DNA of 64,000 nt. It comes from Elusimicrobiota bacterium. Its GTDB lineage: Bacteria; Elusimicrobiota; Endomicrobiia; CG1-02-37-114; XYA2-FULL-39-19. Made by a program: the position numbers and the translations under genes. The notes beneath the pieces were generated by a model that searched no databases, was not told where the DNA came from, and saw nothing but the letters and a program-made list of their open reading frames with translations. Shown in pieces: positions 38,862-47,940 of this stretch. Location of the stretch: NCBI GenBank assembly GCA_018816525.1, contig JAHIVV010000070.1, positions 16,208 to 80,207 of the forward strand. The letters run 5' to 3'. Position 1 is the first letter of the stretch. Each line of letters begins with the position of its first letter.

Positions 38862-40214
38862 TTAGTTTAAAGAATTTACCAGTTTTTTGAATTCCGAACC
38901 GCGTTGTTCAAAGTTATCGAACTGGTCAAATGAACTGCACCCTGGCGATAACAAAACCACATCCCCAGGTTTAGCAGTTTCCGACGCAATTTTTACTGCA
39001 TTTTTTAATGTTTTGACTTCTATAATCTCCGAGGTTTCCGTAAGGTCTTTTTCAATTATTTCTGCCGCTTCTCCAATCAATAACAGTTTTTTTACTTTGT
39101 CTTTGACAAGGTTTTTTAGGGGCGTGTAAGAAGCGCCCTTATGCCTGCCCCCCATAATAAGAATAACATTTCCGCTGAAAGACTCTAATGCAACAAAAGT
39201 GGAATCGACATTTGTCGATTTTGAGTCATTAATGTATTTTATTCCGTTTATTTTTCTTACCAATTCAAGCCTATGTTCAACACCCTGGAAGCTTTCCAAT
39301 GTCTTTTTGATTAACTCCGGTTCTATCCCGGCCAAAATACCAGCTGAAAGCGTAAAAAGCGCATTTTCAATATTATGCCTGCCCGGGATGATTAAATTCA
39401 AAGAAAAATGATAGTTACTGGGTTTTAAAAACGGCAGGCTGATAAAAACTTCTTTTGATACGCTGTCATAGCTAATACCCGCTTTAAGCCTTTGCTTCTG
39501 GCTTACAAACACAACGGTAGAATGGTATTTTCCTGACATTTTCCTGCAATTTTCGTCATCATAATTCAGAATACAATAATCCTCTTTCGTCTGGTTCCGG
39601 AATATATTTTCTTTAACGTTTATATAATTCTCCATCGTTTTATGGTGTTCCAGATGGTCCGGGGTAATATTTAATATGCAGGCAATACCCGGTTTGAATT
39701 TTTCCGTATCCTCAAGCTGATAACTCGATACTTCTACAACTACTACAGTGTCTGAATTTATATCATCGACGAAACTGATCAAAGGCATGCCTATATTGCC
39801 GGCTACAACTGTTTTAAAACCGGAAGACTTGAATACTTCCCCTACCATCATGGTTGTGGTTGTTTTTCCGTTTGTTCCAGTGATTGCTACAAGCAGTTTC
39901 GGTTTAATAAGGCTGGCAGCCAGCTCTATTTCGCTTAAAATCCTGATGTTTTTCTGTTTGGCCCGTAAAAGAATTGGCAGATCTGAAGGGATTCCCGGGC
40001 TTTTGATAATCAGCCCTGAGTTGAATATTTTTTCTGTATGCCCGCCAATTTCATATTTTATTTTTTCATTTAGGAGACTTAAATTCCCTGCAGCTTTATC
40101 TTTGTCCGCTGATTCCGAAACAAATACTTCAACTTTTTTTGAGTATAGGAAATTTGCTGTTGCTATTCCTGTTTTTCCTAACCCCAAAATAGATGCTTTC
40201 TTGTATGGAAACAT
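38862..40214 (-). CDS. murD: UDP-N-acetylmuramoylalanine--D-glutamate ligase
   Basis: 450 aa. Mur ligase domains (GTNGKTTTT). Confidence 0.93.
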   Translation of the reverse strand: MFPYKKASILGLGKTGIATANFLYSKKVEVFVSESADKDKAAGNLSLLNEKIKYEIGGHTEKIFNSGLIIKSPGIPSDLPILLRAKQKNIRILSEIELAASLIKPKLLVAITGTNGKTTTTMMVGEVFKSSGFKTVVAGNIGMPLISFVDDINSDTVVVVEVSSYQLEDTEKFKPGIACILNITPDHLEHHKTMENYINVKENIFRNQTKEDYCILNYDDENCRKMSGKYHSTVVFVSQKQRLKAGISYDSVSKEVFISLPFLKPSNYHFSLNLIIPGRHNIENALFTLSAGILAGIEPELIKKTLESFQGVEHRLELVRKINGIKYINDSKSTNVDSTFVALESFSGNVILIMGGRHKGASYTPLKNLVKDKVKKLLLIGEAAEIIEKDLTETSEIIEVKTLKNAVKIASETAKPGDVVLLSPGCSSFDQFDNFEQRGSEFKKLVNSLN

Positions 40215-40216
40215 AA

Positions 40217-41302
40217 CTATCTCAATTTAAGAGAGCTCATTGCGATTAACATCAGTATGATGCCTGCAATCCAGAACCTTACGGTAACTTTTGTCTCGAC
40301 CCATCCGGAAAGCTCAAAATGGTGATGCAATGGGGCCATTTTAAATATTCTCTTCTTGTATCTCTTGTAACTAAAAACCTGCAAAACCACGGATATTATT
40401 TCCGCAAAAAAGACACCGCAGACAACAATAAATATTAATTCCTGCTTTATAAAAACTGCTACCAATCCTATAGCCCCTCCTAAAAACAAGGAACCTGTAT
40501 CTCCCATAAAAACTTCAGCCGGATAGCCGTTGAACCAGAGGAATCCAAGCCCTGAACCAATCATTGCGCAAAGAAATACCGTCAATTCACCTGCTCCGCT
40601 CACAGGAATTATTCTTAGATATTGTGACATCTTTGCATTGCCGGCTATATAAGCGAATATTGCGTAAGCTATCCCTGCGATTATAATATTTCCGATAGCC
40701 AGTCCATCCAGGCCGTCTGTAAGGTTTACAGCGTTAGATGCGCCTACAATAACAACCATAGCGAACAGTAAATAGAAAATTCTAAGATCTATAAAAACTT
40801 CCTTAAGGTAAGGAATGTTGATGCTTGTCGCATATTGGTAATTAGCAGGATAAAAGTACAGGTAAATACACACAGCGGCCGCAAAAGTAAACTGTCCTGC
40901 AAGTTTCCATCGGGCTATTAATCCTTTGCTGTCTTTTCTAACTATTTTTGTATAATCGTCCATGTAACCCAGCAAACCAAACCAGACCATTCCCGCAATA
41001 ATCCAGAGAATAAACCTGTTATCAAGCTTAGCCCAAAGAATAGTGGATACTACCAGTGAAATAAGGATTATCAATCCCCCCATTGTAGGAGTGCCATTTT
41101 TTTTCAAGTGTGTCTGAGGTCCGTCAGTCCTTATCGACTGTAAAAATTGCTTGTTTTTCAGGTAATTGATGATTTTTGGCCCAAAAATAAAACTTATTAA
41201 CAGCGAGGTTATTATCGCAGATATTGAACGAAAGGTTATGTATTCCAAAACATTTAAGGGCGAAAAATATATTTTTAACGGATATAACAAATGATATAGC
41301 AT
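40217..41302 (-). CDS. mraY: Phospho-N-acetylmuramoyl-pentapeptide transferase
   Basis: 361 aa polytopic. DD/DG motifs (NAVNLTDGLDGLA). Confidence 0.97.
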   Translation of the reverse strand: MLYHLLYPLKIYFSPLNVLEYITFRSISAIITSLLISFIFGPKIINYLKNKQFLQSIRTDGPQTHLKKNGTPTMGGLIILISLVVSTILWAKLDNRFILWIIAGMVWFGLLGYMDDYTKIVRKDSKGLIARWKLAGQFTFAAAVCIYLYFYPANYQYATSINIPYLKEVFIDLRIFYLLFAMVVIVGASNAVNLTDGLDGLAIGNIIIAGIAYAIFAYIAGNAKMSQYLRIIPVSGAGELTVFLCAMIGSGLGFLWFNGYPAEVFMGDTGSLFLGGAIGLVAVFIKQELIFIVVCGVFFAEIISVVLQVFSYKRYKKRIFKMAPLHHHFELSGWVETKVTVRFWIAGIILMLIAMSSLKLR

Positions 41303-42678
41303 TACGGCCTCAAAATTTTACCAATGGTTTTTTCCAGCCCCATTCCGCGCGAGGCCTTGAATAAAACTACGGTATTTTTATTTAATTTTCGTTTCAAAAC
41401 AGATAGCAGTCCTTCCTGGTCGTTAAAATGCCGGACATTTTTTAATTTGCTGTTTTCTTTTACCTGCTTCATCATGTTCCCATAAAGGTATATATTTTCT
41501 AAAGGGAGCCCTGCTAAAAAATCTCCAAGGAGTTTGTGTTCATTTTCTGCATATTTACCTAACTCAAGCATGTCCCCTATCACGACAATCTTTTTCTTAC
41601 CCGGATAGCCTTCAACAAAATAAGAAATAGCCTGGCGCATTGAATCAGGATTTGCGTTATAAGCGTCATTTATTAATAAAGAACCTGAAGGAGATTCTAT
41701 TTTTTCCATACGCATGTCGATTCCAGTGAATTCTTCAAGCCCTCTTTTTATGATATTATTGTCTACACCCAACGAAAAACACGCTGCAGCAGCGGCCAGC
41801 GCATTCATAACATTAAACCTTCCGGGTAAAGAAAGATTGATGTCAATTATTTCTTTGTTTAGCTTCAATTTGAAAAACGTACGGCCTTCGCCGATCTGAA
41901 TATCATAAGCGCTGACATTTGCACTGTCAATCAATCCATAAGTGACCATTTTGCATTTTAAACTCGATTTTAAACCCACTAAAAGAGGGTCATCAATATT
42001 AATAACGGCAACACCTTTCACAGGCAATGAGGCAAAAAGTTTGCTTTTTTCATGAAAAACCTGTTCAGGGCTGCCCAAATACTCCAAATGTGTTTTTCCA
42101 ATGTTCGTTATTATACCAACATCTGCACAAGCTATATCAGCAAGCCTATCCATTTCACCCGGAACCGAAACACCAAGCTCAAGAATACAATATTTGTGTT
42201 CTTGCTTAAGATTAAACAGCGTTAGAGGAACACCTATAAGGTTATTGTAATTTTTAAAACTCGCCAGGGTCGGGGCTTTATTTTTTAGAATTGAATAAAT
42301 TATTTCTTTTGTAGTGGTTTTACCGCTTGAACCTGTTATTGCAATAGTCACAGGCGCAATTTTTTTCTTATAATAACTGGCAAAATCACCCAGCGCTTTT
42401 AAAGTATCCTTTACGATAACAACAGAGGGAATTTTTGGAAAATATTTGCTTATTTCTTCACTCATCCTGGCCAGAACCAGGCCGGACGAGCCTTTTTCTA
42501 TTGCTTTTCCAATAAAAGTATGAGCATCAAAGTTTTTGCCTTTTAAAGCAAAAAAAATGTCTCCCGAATGGACATGTCTTGTGTCGGTTGATACATTTAA
42601 TATATTAGAATCAGGATCGCCGAAAATGAACTTTCCTCCAGTAGCATTGATCAGCTCCTTTAATGTAATTTTTTCCAT
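41302..42678 (-). CDS. murF: UDP-MurNAc-tripeptide--D-alanyl-D-alanine ligase
   Basis: 458 aa. Mur ligase (GSSGKTTTKE). Confidence 0.93.
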   Translation of the reverse strand: MEKITLKELINATGGKFIFGDPDSNILNVSTDTRHVHSGDIFFALKGKNFDAHTFIGKAIEKGSSGLVLARMSEEISKYFPKIPSVVIVKDTLKALGDFASYYKKKIAPVTIAITGSSGKTTTKEIIYSILKNKAPTLASFKNYNNLIGVPLTLFNLKQEHKYCILELGVSVPGEMDRLADIACADVGIITNIGKTHLEYLGSPEQVFHEKSKLFASLPVKGVAVINIDDPLLVGLKSSLKCKMVTYGLIDSANVSAYDIQIGEGRTFFKLKLNKEIIDINLSLPGRFNVMNALAAAAACFSLGVDNNIIKRGLEEFTGIDMRMEKIESPSGSLLINDAYNANPDSMRQAISYFVEGYPGKKKIVVIGDMLELGKYAENEHKLLGDFLAGLPLENIYLYGNMMKQVKENSKLKNVRHFNDQEGLLSVLKRKLNKNTVVLFKASRGMGLEKTIGKILRP

Positions 42679-44159
42679 TTTTTTAGACCATTCAGTAATT
42701 CATTTTCAACAACTTCTCTGTCACTAAAATGAATTTTTTGCTGGCCAATTATCTGATAATTCTCATGGCCTTTCCCCGCAAGTAAAACAATGTCGTTTTT
42801 TTTCGCAATTTGCAGAGCTCTTTTAATTGCTTCTTTTCTATCGAGTTGTATTTCGTAATTTTCTTTACCGGCTCTTCTTATGCCGACTTCAATGTCGAAA
42901 ACAATTTTTTCCGGATTTTCTGAACGGGGATTGTCACTTGTAACTATTGCGTAATCGCTGAGTGTAACTGCCGTTTCTCCCATGATGGGGCGCTTTGACC
43001 TGTCTCTGTCGCCTCCGCAGCCAAAAAGGGTAATTATTTTCCCTGTTACAATTTCTTTTAAAGTTGTTAAAACATTTTTCAGCGCGTCATCAGTGTGTGC
43101 GTAATCTACGACAATTGTGAACGGCTGCCCGCAATCAACTTTTTCAAGCCTGCCCGGAACTGATTTAAGATTTTCTATGCCCTTCACTATTGATTCAGGC
43201 ATTATGCCAAAATTCAGCGCGCAGGCACAGGCCGCCAGAATATTATAAATATTATGCTTGCCGATTAATTCTGACTTTATTCTAAGCTTCAAATCCCCGC
43301 TGTGCAAATCGAAGGATGTTCCGGAGGCCTCGTACCTTATTTCAGCAGGATAAACATCAGATTTTTGTGAAAGACCGCAGGTTATAGCTTTGCATTTTAT
43401 TAATCCCGGGATTTTTTCGCCCCAGGTATCGTCGTTGTTGATTATAGCAAATTTTATCCGGTCTTTTTCACCCTCTTTTTCCAGAAGTTTAAAAAGCTTC
43501 AGTTTTGCGGCAAAATATTCTTCGAAAGTTTTATGAAAATCCAGGTGGTCCCTGGTTAGATTAGTAAAAATTGCGGCATCAAACTCAACAAAATCAACGC
43601 GATTAAGGCTGAGGGCATGGGAAGATACTTCCATCAGTACAGTTTTTATTTGTTTCTTTACTGCTTTATCAAGTAAAAATTGCAGGTCAGAAGACAGGGG
43701 AGTTGTGGTATCAGGTGAAATTATTTCTTTTCCAAACCTATAATTAATAGTGCCGATTACTGATGCGGGCATACCGGCAGTTTCAAAAATCGATTCAAGC
43801 AGGTAAGTTATGGTTGTTTTCCCGTTTGTTCCCGTGACACCGATTACATTCAGTTTTTTCGAAGGAAAATCATAATATTTTGCAGATAAAAAAGAAAGTG
43901 CTTTAAGAGCATTCGGAACAACGATTTGAACGGTATCTTTGATATCGTCTAATTCTCTGTCAGTTACTATTGCCGCAGCGCCATTTGTAACAGCTTCGCT
44001 GACAAACCTGGCACCATCTGTATGCTGGCCCTGCAGGCAGACAAAAATATATCCCGAACAGACTTTTTTTGAATGGTATGTTATACCGGTGATATCAATA
44101 TCGGCCCTGCCTGTTAATTTATAGGCTGAACCTTCAATAAGTGAGCTTAGTAAGGTCAT
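42660..44159 (-). CDS. murE: UDP-MurNAc-L-Ala-D-Glu--2,6-diaminopimelate ligase
   Basis: 499 aa. Mur ligase (GTNGKTT) and a DNPR-type motif (SDNPRSENP). Confidence 0.93.
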   Translation of the reverse strand: MTLLSSLIEGSAYKLTGRADIDITGITYHSKKVCSGYIFVCLQGQHTDGARFVSEAVTNGAAAIVTDRELDDIKDTVQIVVPNALKALSFLSAKYYDFPSKKLNVIGVTGTNGKTTITYLLESIFETAGMPASVIGTINYRFGKEIISPDTTTPLSSDLQFLLDKAVKKQIKTVLMEVSSHALSLNRVDFVEFDAAIFTNLTRDHLDFHKTFEEYFAAKLKLFKLLEKEGEKDRIKFAIINNDDTWGEKIPGLIKCKAITCGLSQKSDVYPAEIRYEASGTSFDLHSGDLKLRIKSELIGKHNIYNILAACACALNFGIMPESIVKGIENLKSVPGRLEKVDCGQPFTIVVDYAHTDDALKNVLTTLKEIVTGKIITLFGCGGDRDRSKRPIMGETAVTLSDYAIVTSDNPRSENPEKIVFDIEVGIRRAGKENYEIQLDRKEAIKRALQIAKKNDIVLLAGKGHENYQIIGQQKIHFSDREVVENELLNGLKKWKKLH

Positions 44160-45846
44160 AACGCGCCCCTTGGGCGTCTATTTTTGGAATGTTAAGGTAG
44201 TTTATTGATTCCTTGGCTATGTGTGAAAAAACCGGGCAGGCTACATCACTTGCCCAATAATTTGATTTAGGTTCGTCCAAAACTACCAGTATGGTCAGCT
44301 GAGGGTCTTCTGCAGGAAGAAAACCGCAAAAGGAAGCAACATATTTAGAAGTCGAATACTTTTTTGTTTTTGGGTCTATTTTTTGAGCCGTGCCTGTTTT
44401 TCCGCAAACCGTGTAACCTTCAACACCTGCCAATTTACCGGTACCATAATCAACAACATCCCTAAGCATTTTTTTTAATTTTACAGTTATTTCTACAGGC
44501 AAAACTTCTCTTATTACCCTCGGCTTGTTTGACCACATAACTTTATCGTTATTATCGATGATCGATTTAACTATCTGGGGTTCATAAAGGATACCGCCGT
44601 TGGCAATTGAAGAATATGCGTTTATAAGCTGCAAGCCGGTAACACCTATCCCCTGGCCAAAAGAAATAGTCAGAGCTGAAACCATGGACCACCTGGAGCT
44701 GAAAGGATTGAAAACCAGCCCTTTTTGCTCCCCCGGAATGCTGCTGCCTGTATAATTGCCAAAACCGAACTGTTTCATCCAGTAATATATTTTCTCTCTT
44801 CCCAGTTCAATGCCGACTTTGGCAAAACCTATGTTTGACGAGTAGGCCATTATGCCTTCTAAAGAAAGATACCCGTATTTTTCATGATCATTTATTTCAA
44901 TGTCCTGATATTTATAGCTTCCATTTTCACAAAATACTACATCACTCATATTAAATTTATTTTCAGCTAAAGCTGCCGCCGCAGTTACCACTTTAAATGT
45001 CGAGCCGGGTTCATATACTTTATGAATCGGCGGTATAATCAGGTCTTCTGACGTAAACCCTTCAACATTCGGGTCAAAATTAGGGTAGTTTGCAACAGCT
45101 AAAATTTCTCCATTTTTAGGATCCTGAATAATTACGTAAGCATTGGCCGGCCTGTATTTTTTAACAGCGTTTTCAAGTTCCCTGCTGGCAATATATTGTA
45201 AAGTCGTATCAATGGATAAAACTATGTTTGGCGAATTTAAATTTTTTTCGGAAGAAAGCCTTAATTCATGCTTCAAACCATCACGGTTAAATATTTCGGT
45301 CACTTTTTTTTGTTTGACCAGATTATCATACAAATATTCTATCCCGGACAAACCCTGCCCGTCAATACCAACAACACCCACTATTTGTGAAGTCAGATTC
45401 TTGTAAGGATAGTACCTCTTTGTTTCCTTTTGTATCACGAGCCCGTCAATTTTAACCTGTTCGACATTTTTAGATTCGTCGGCCGGAACCTGCCGCTTTA
45501 TCCAGACAAAATTACTGTCCTTGCTTATTTTTTTCAGAACCTCATTTGAACTGATTCCCGCCATCCGGGCCACATCTCTGGAAAAAACATTTTTGTCCTG
45601 TATCGCTCCGGGATTAGCTGAAAAAGAATAAGATTTTACATTCATTGCAAGAGTATGTTTGTTTCTGTCGTAAATTATTCCCCTGAAAGGATTCTGGATT
45701 TTCTTCTCAATCACCTGCTGTTCTACTAATTGCTGCAGTTTTTGATGGTTCCATACCTGTAAATAAAACAATCGTACAAAAAGCACGGAATAAACCGCTA
45801 AAACGATTGTGAATACAGCTGCCATTCTTTTATTTATGATTTTCAT
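44134..45846 (-). CDS. ftsI: Penicillin-binding transpeptidase (FtsI/PBP3-like, class B)
   Basis: 570 aa. N-terminal TM and dimerisation domain. SxxK (STFK), SxN (SSN) and KTG (KTGTA) motifs. Confidence 0.9.
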   Translation of the reverse strand: MKIINKRMAAVFTIVLAVYSVLFVRLFYLQVWNHQKLQQLVEQQVIEKKIQNPFRGIIYDRNKHTLAMNVKSYSFSANPGAIQDKNVFSRDVARMAGISSNEVLKKISKDSNFVWIKRQVPADESKNVEQVKIDGLVIQKETKRYYPYKNLTSQIVGVVGIDGQGLSGIEYLYDNLVKQKKVTEIFNRDGLKHELRLSSEKNLNSPNIVLSIDTTLQYIASRELENAVKKYRPANAYVIIQDPKNGEILAVANYPNFDPNVEGFTSEDLIIPPIHKVYEPGSTFKVVTAAAALAENKFNMSDVVFCENGSYKYQDIEINDHEKYGYLSLEGIMAYSSNIGFAKVGIELGREKIYYWMKQFGFGNYTGSSIPGEQKGLVFNPFSSRWSMVSALTISFGQGIGVTGLQLINAYSSIANGGILYEPQIVKSIIDNNDKVMWSNKPRVIREVLPVEITVKLKKMLRDVVDYGTGKLAGVEGYTVCGKTGTAQKIDPKTKKYSTSKYVASFCGFLPAEDPQLTILVVLDEPKSNYWASDVACPVFSHIAKESINYLNIPKIDAQGARYDLTKLTY

Positions 45847-46120
45847 TGGCGCCCGTTGAATCCAAGTAAATAGTATTTTCTTTTTTCGGCGTAGCGAATT
45901 TCATTTTTTTTGCTATATCGTCGAGTCTTTCAAGCGATTCCATTTTGTAGTACAATATTTGCAAATCTGAAAGGGTTTCCTTTTCCTTTATTTTTTCTTC
46001 GTTGAGTTTATTGATTTTGTACTGCATTCTTACAGATTCTATTTGTTCCCACGCATAGATAATAGCCACAAAAAAAATCAGCGCTGTCAGCCCAAAATAG
46101 TTATAAGGCCCTTTTTTCAT
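45830..46120 (-). CDS. ftsL: Cell-division protein FtsL-like (single TM + coiled coil)
   Basis: 96 aa. TM helix then a coiled coil. Located between rsmH and ftsI in the dcw cluster. Confidence 0.6.
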   Translation of the reverse strand: MKKGPYNYFGLTALIFFVAIIYAWEQIESVRMQYKINKLNEEKIKEKETLSDLQILYYKMESLERLDDIAKKMKFATPKKENTIYLDSTGANENHK

Positions 46121-46139
46121 AGTAGGTTCCAGGGTGCGG

Positions 46140-46170
46140 CCTGTTTATCGAAGGTGATTCGATAAACAGG
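46140..46170. other. 11-bp perfect stem hairpin CCTGTTTATCG-aaggtgatt-CGATAAACAGG between rsmH and ftsL
   Basis: Read directly. No T-run after it on the minus (transcribed) strand. A T-rich run follows on the plus strand only. Confidence 0.8.
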
Positions 46171-46183
46171 TTTTCTGCATTTT

Positions 46184-47071
46184 TCAGGACAACCTCAGAA
46201 TAGCAGCGCGCAATTTTGCGCTGCGGGCTCTTGGATTAATCGCTATTTCGCCGGATGCCGGCAAAACAGGTTTTTTGGTCAATATTTCGAATTTATCGCT
46301 ATTTTCCTGAAAAAATCGTTTAACTATCCTGTCTTCAAGCGAATGGAAGGAAACAACAACTATTCTTCCCCCATTTTTTAAGTATTCAAGTGATGCATTT
46401 AAAGCTTTCTCGAGATTTTCCAGCTCTGAGTTTACCTCTATTCTAATGGCCTGAAAAACCCGGGTTGCAGGGTGTAAATGTTTCTCCCAAAATCTCCTTG
46501 GAATTGTGCTTTTTATTATTTCTGATAATTCTAAAGTATCTTCTATGCTTTTCCCCTGCCTAGCTTGAGCTATGTTTTCTGCGATTTTTTTTGCCCATCT
46601 TTCTTCGCCATAATCCTTAAATATTTCAGTTAACTTTTCTTGTGGATAACCATTAACAACCTCAAACGCCGTCAAATGGCCTATTGTATTCATTCTCATG
46701 TCGAGCGGGCCCTTTGAATTAAAGCTAAAACCACGCTCCGGTTTTGACAGTTGATAACTTGAAACACCCAGGTCAAAAACGATGCCGTCAATTTTCGGAA
46801 ATCCCGTGTTTTTTAGTATCTCTTCAAGGTTTCCAAAGTTATCATTGACGACCTGATACCTTTCAGCAGTTTTCTGAATTTCTTTCTCTGCCAGCACAAT
46901 TGTTTCTTTGTCATTATCCACCCCTATTAACAGCCCCCCAGGGCCTATTTTTTTCAGGATTTCTTTAGCATATCCGCCTAACCCCAGGGTTGCATCTACG
47001 TAAATTCCTCCGGGCTTTACGTTCAAATATTCAACTGCTTCGTTTAAAAGAACTGGAACATGCTCCGCCAT
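46184..47071 (-). CDS. rsmH: 16S rRNA (cytosine1402-N4)-methyltransferase
   Basis: Start at the internal MAEHVPVLLNEA. SAM-binding motifs (DATLGLGGY). Confidence 0.93.
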   Translation of the reverse strand: MAEHVPVLLNEAVEYLNVKPGGIYVDATLGLGGYAKEILKKIGPGGLLIGVDNDKETIVLAEKEIQKTAERYQVVNDNFGNLEEILKNTGFPKIDGIVFDLGVSSYQLSKPERGFSFNSKGPLDMRMNTIGHLTAFEVVNGYPQEKLTEIFKDYGEERWAKKIAENIAQARQGKSIEDTLELSEIIKSTIPRRFWEKHLHPATRVFQAIRIEVNSELENLEKALNASLEYLKNGGRIVVVSFHSLEDRIVKRFFQENSDKFEILTKKPVLPASGEIAINPRARSAKLRAAILRLS

Positions 47072-47075
47072 AGGA

Positions 47076-47501
47076 TTATATTTCCAATTCAGGAGCCAAC
47101 TTATTAAATATACCCTGGGCTTTGCTATAATATTTATTCCAGGATTCCTGCGACCAGATTTCAACCCTGTCGCGCACTCCTACGACAATAACTTTATTAT
47201 TTATTTTTGCCTGTTTTTTTAAATCCTGAGGGATAAGAATTCTCCCCATTTTATCCGCCTGCAGGTCTATTGCGACCGAAAAAAAAGCGCGTTTAAAAGC
47301 GCGCTCATGAGCTTTGTTTTTCAATGAAAGGTTTTCAAACTTATTTATTAATTTATTCCAGGATTGTTCAGGATAAAGATAGAGGCAGCCGTCAAGGCCT
47401 ATAGTCACATAAAAATTTTTAATTCCCTGGCGGAATTTTGCGGGAATGAATAAGCGGTTTTTGTTGTCTATCGCGTGTTTGTATTGTCCGGTAAAAGCCA
47501 T
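47076..47501 (-). CDS. mraZ: Transcriptional regulator MraZ
   Basis: 141 aa. Duplicated DXXXR-containing UPF0040 halves (MAFTGQYKHAIDNKNRLFIPAKFRQ … KMGRILIPQDLKK). GGGGAG RBS. Confidence 0.93.
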   Translation of the reverse strand: MAFTGQYKHAIDNKNRLFIPAKFRQGIKNFYVTIGLDGCLYLYPEQSWNKLINKFENLSLKNKAHERAFKRAFFSVAIDLQADKMGRILIPQDLKKQAKINNKVIVVGVRDRVEIWSQESWNKYYSKAQGIFNKLAPELEI

Positions 47502-47517
47502 AGCTCCCCATTAATAT

Positions 47518-47571
47518 CCACTATTAACCACTTCACTCCACTATTATACTATAGGATTTTAAATAAATCAA
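47518..47571 (-). promoter_or_regulatory. dcw-cluster promoter (TTGATT-N17-TATAAT) with three 10-bp-phased (A)AGTGG direct repeats = candidate MraZ operator
   Basis: Minus strand: TTGATT(47571..47566)-N17-TATAAT(47548..47543)-AGTGGAGTGAAGTGGTTAATAGTGG-…-GGGGAG-ATG. The three GTGG repeats recur at exactly a 10-nt period across the predicted TSS. Confidence 0.5.
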
Positions 47572-47623
47572 GGGGAATTTTTGAGTTTTGATTTTAATAA
47601 TTTTTTGGCGGGCAAAAATAATA

Positions 47624-47928
47624 AAGGGATGAACTGTAAGCCGAGTTCTGTATCTCCTCTTTCGAGGAAACAAGGGTTATTTCTCTTGTCCGGATGTTGC
47701 CACCCGGATCATGCGTCCTACTACTTCTGGACTTGCACCCAAGTAAGGATTTAGCCGTTTCAGCCGGACTTAACCGGGTCGTTTCTGTTCGCACCTCGCG
47801 CCTTACGGCGTATGGGTATTACCCATTACCTGTTTTTTCGTTCAATATTGCTATTGAACAAAGAAGAGAGCCCGGACTTTCCTCTCCAATGCCCTTGCGG
47901 GATCAGAGCAACCCTTCGTTCATCCCCT
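47624..47928 (-). ncRNA. rnpB: RNase P RNA (bacterial, compact type A-like)
   Basis: Minus-strand read carries the P4 5' strand GGAGAGGAAAGTCCGGGCTC (47887..47866) and the P4 3' strand ACAGAACTCGGCTTACAG near the 3' end. Terminal P1 pairing GGGGATGAAC / GTTCATCCC. About 305 nt. The protein ORFs called here are spurious. Confidence 0.75.
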
Positions 47929-47940
47929 TATATTTTTGGA

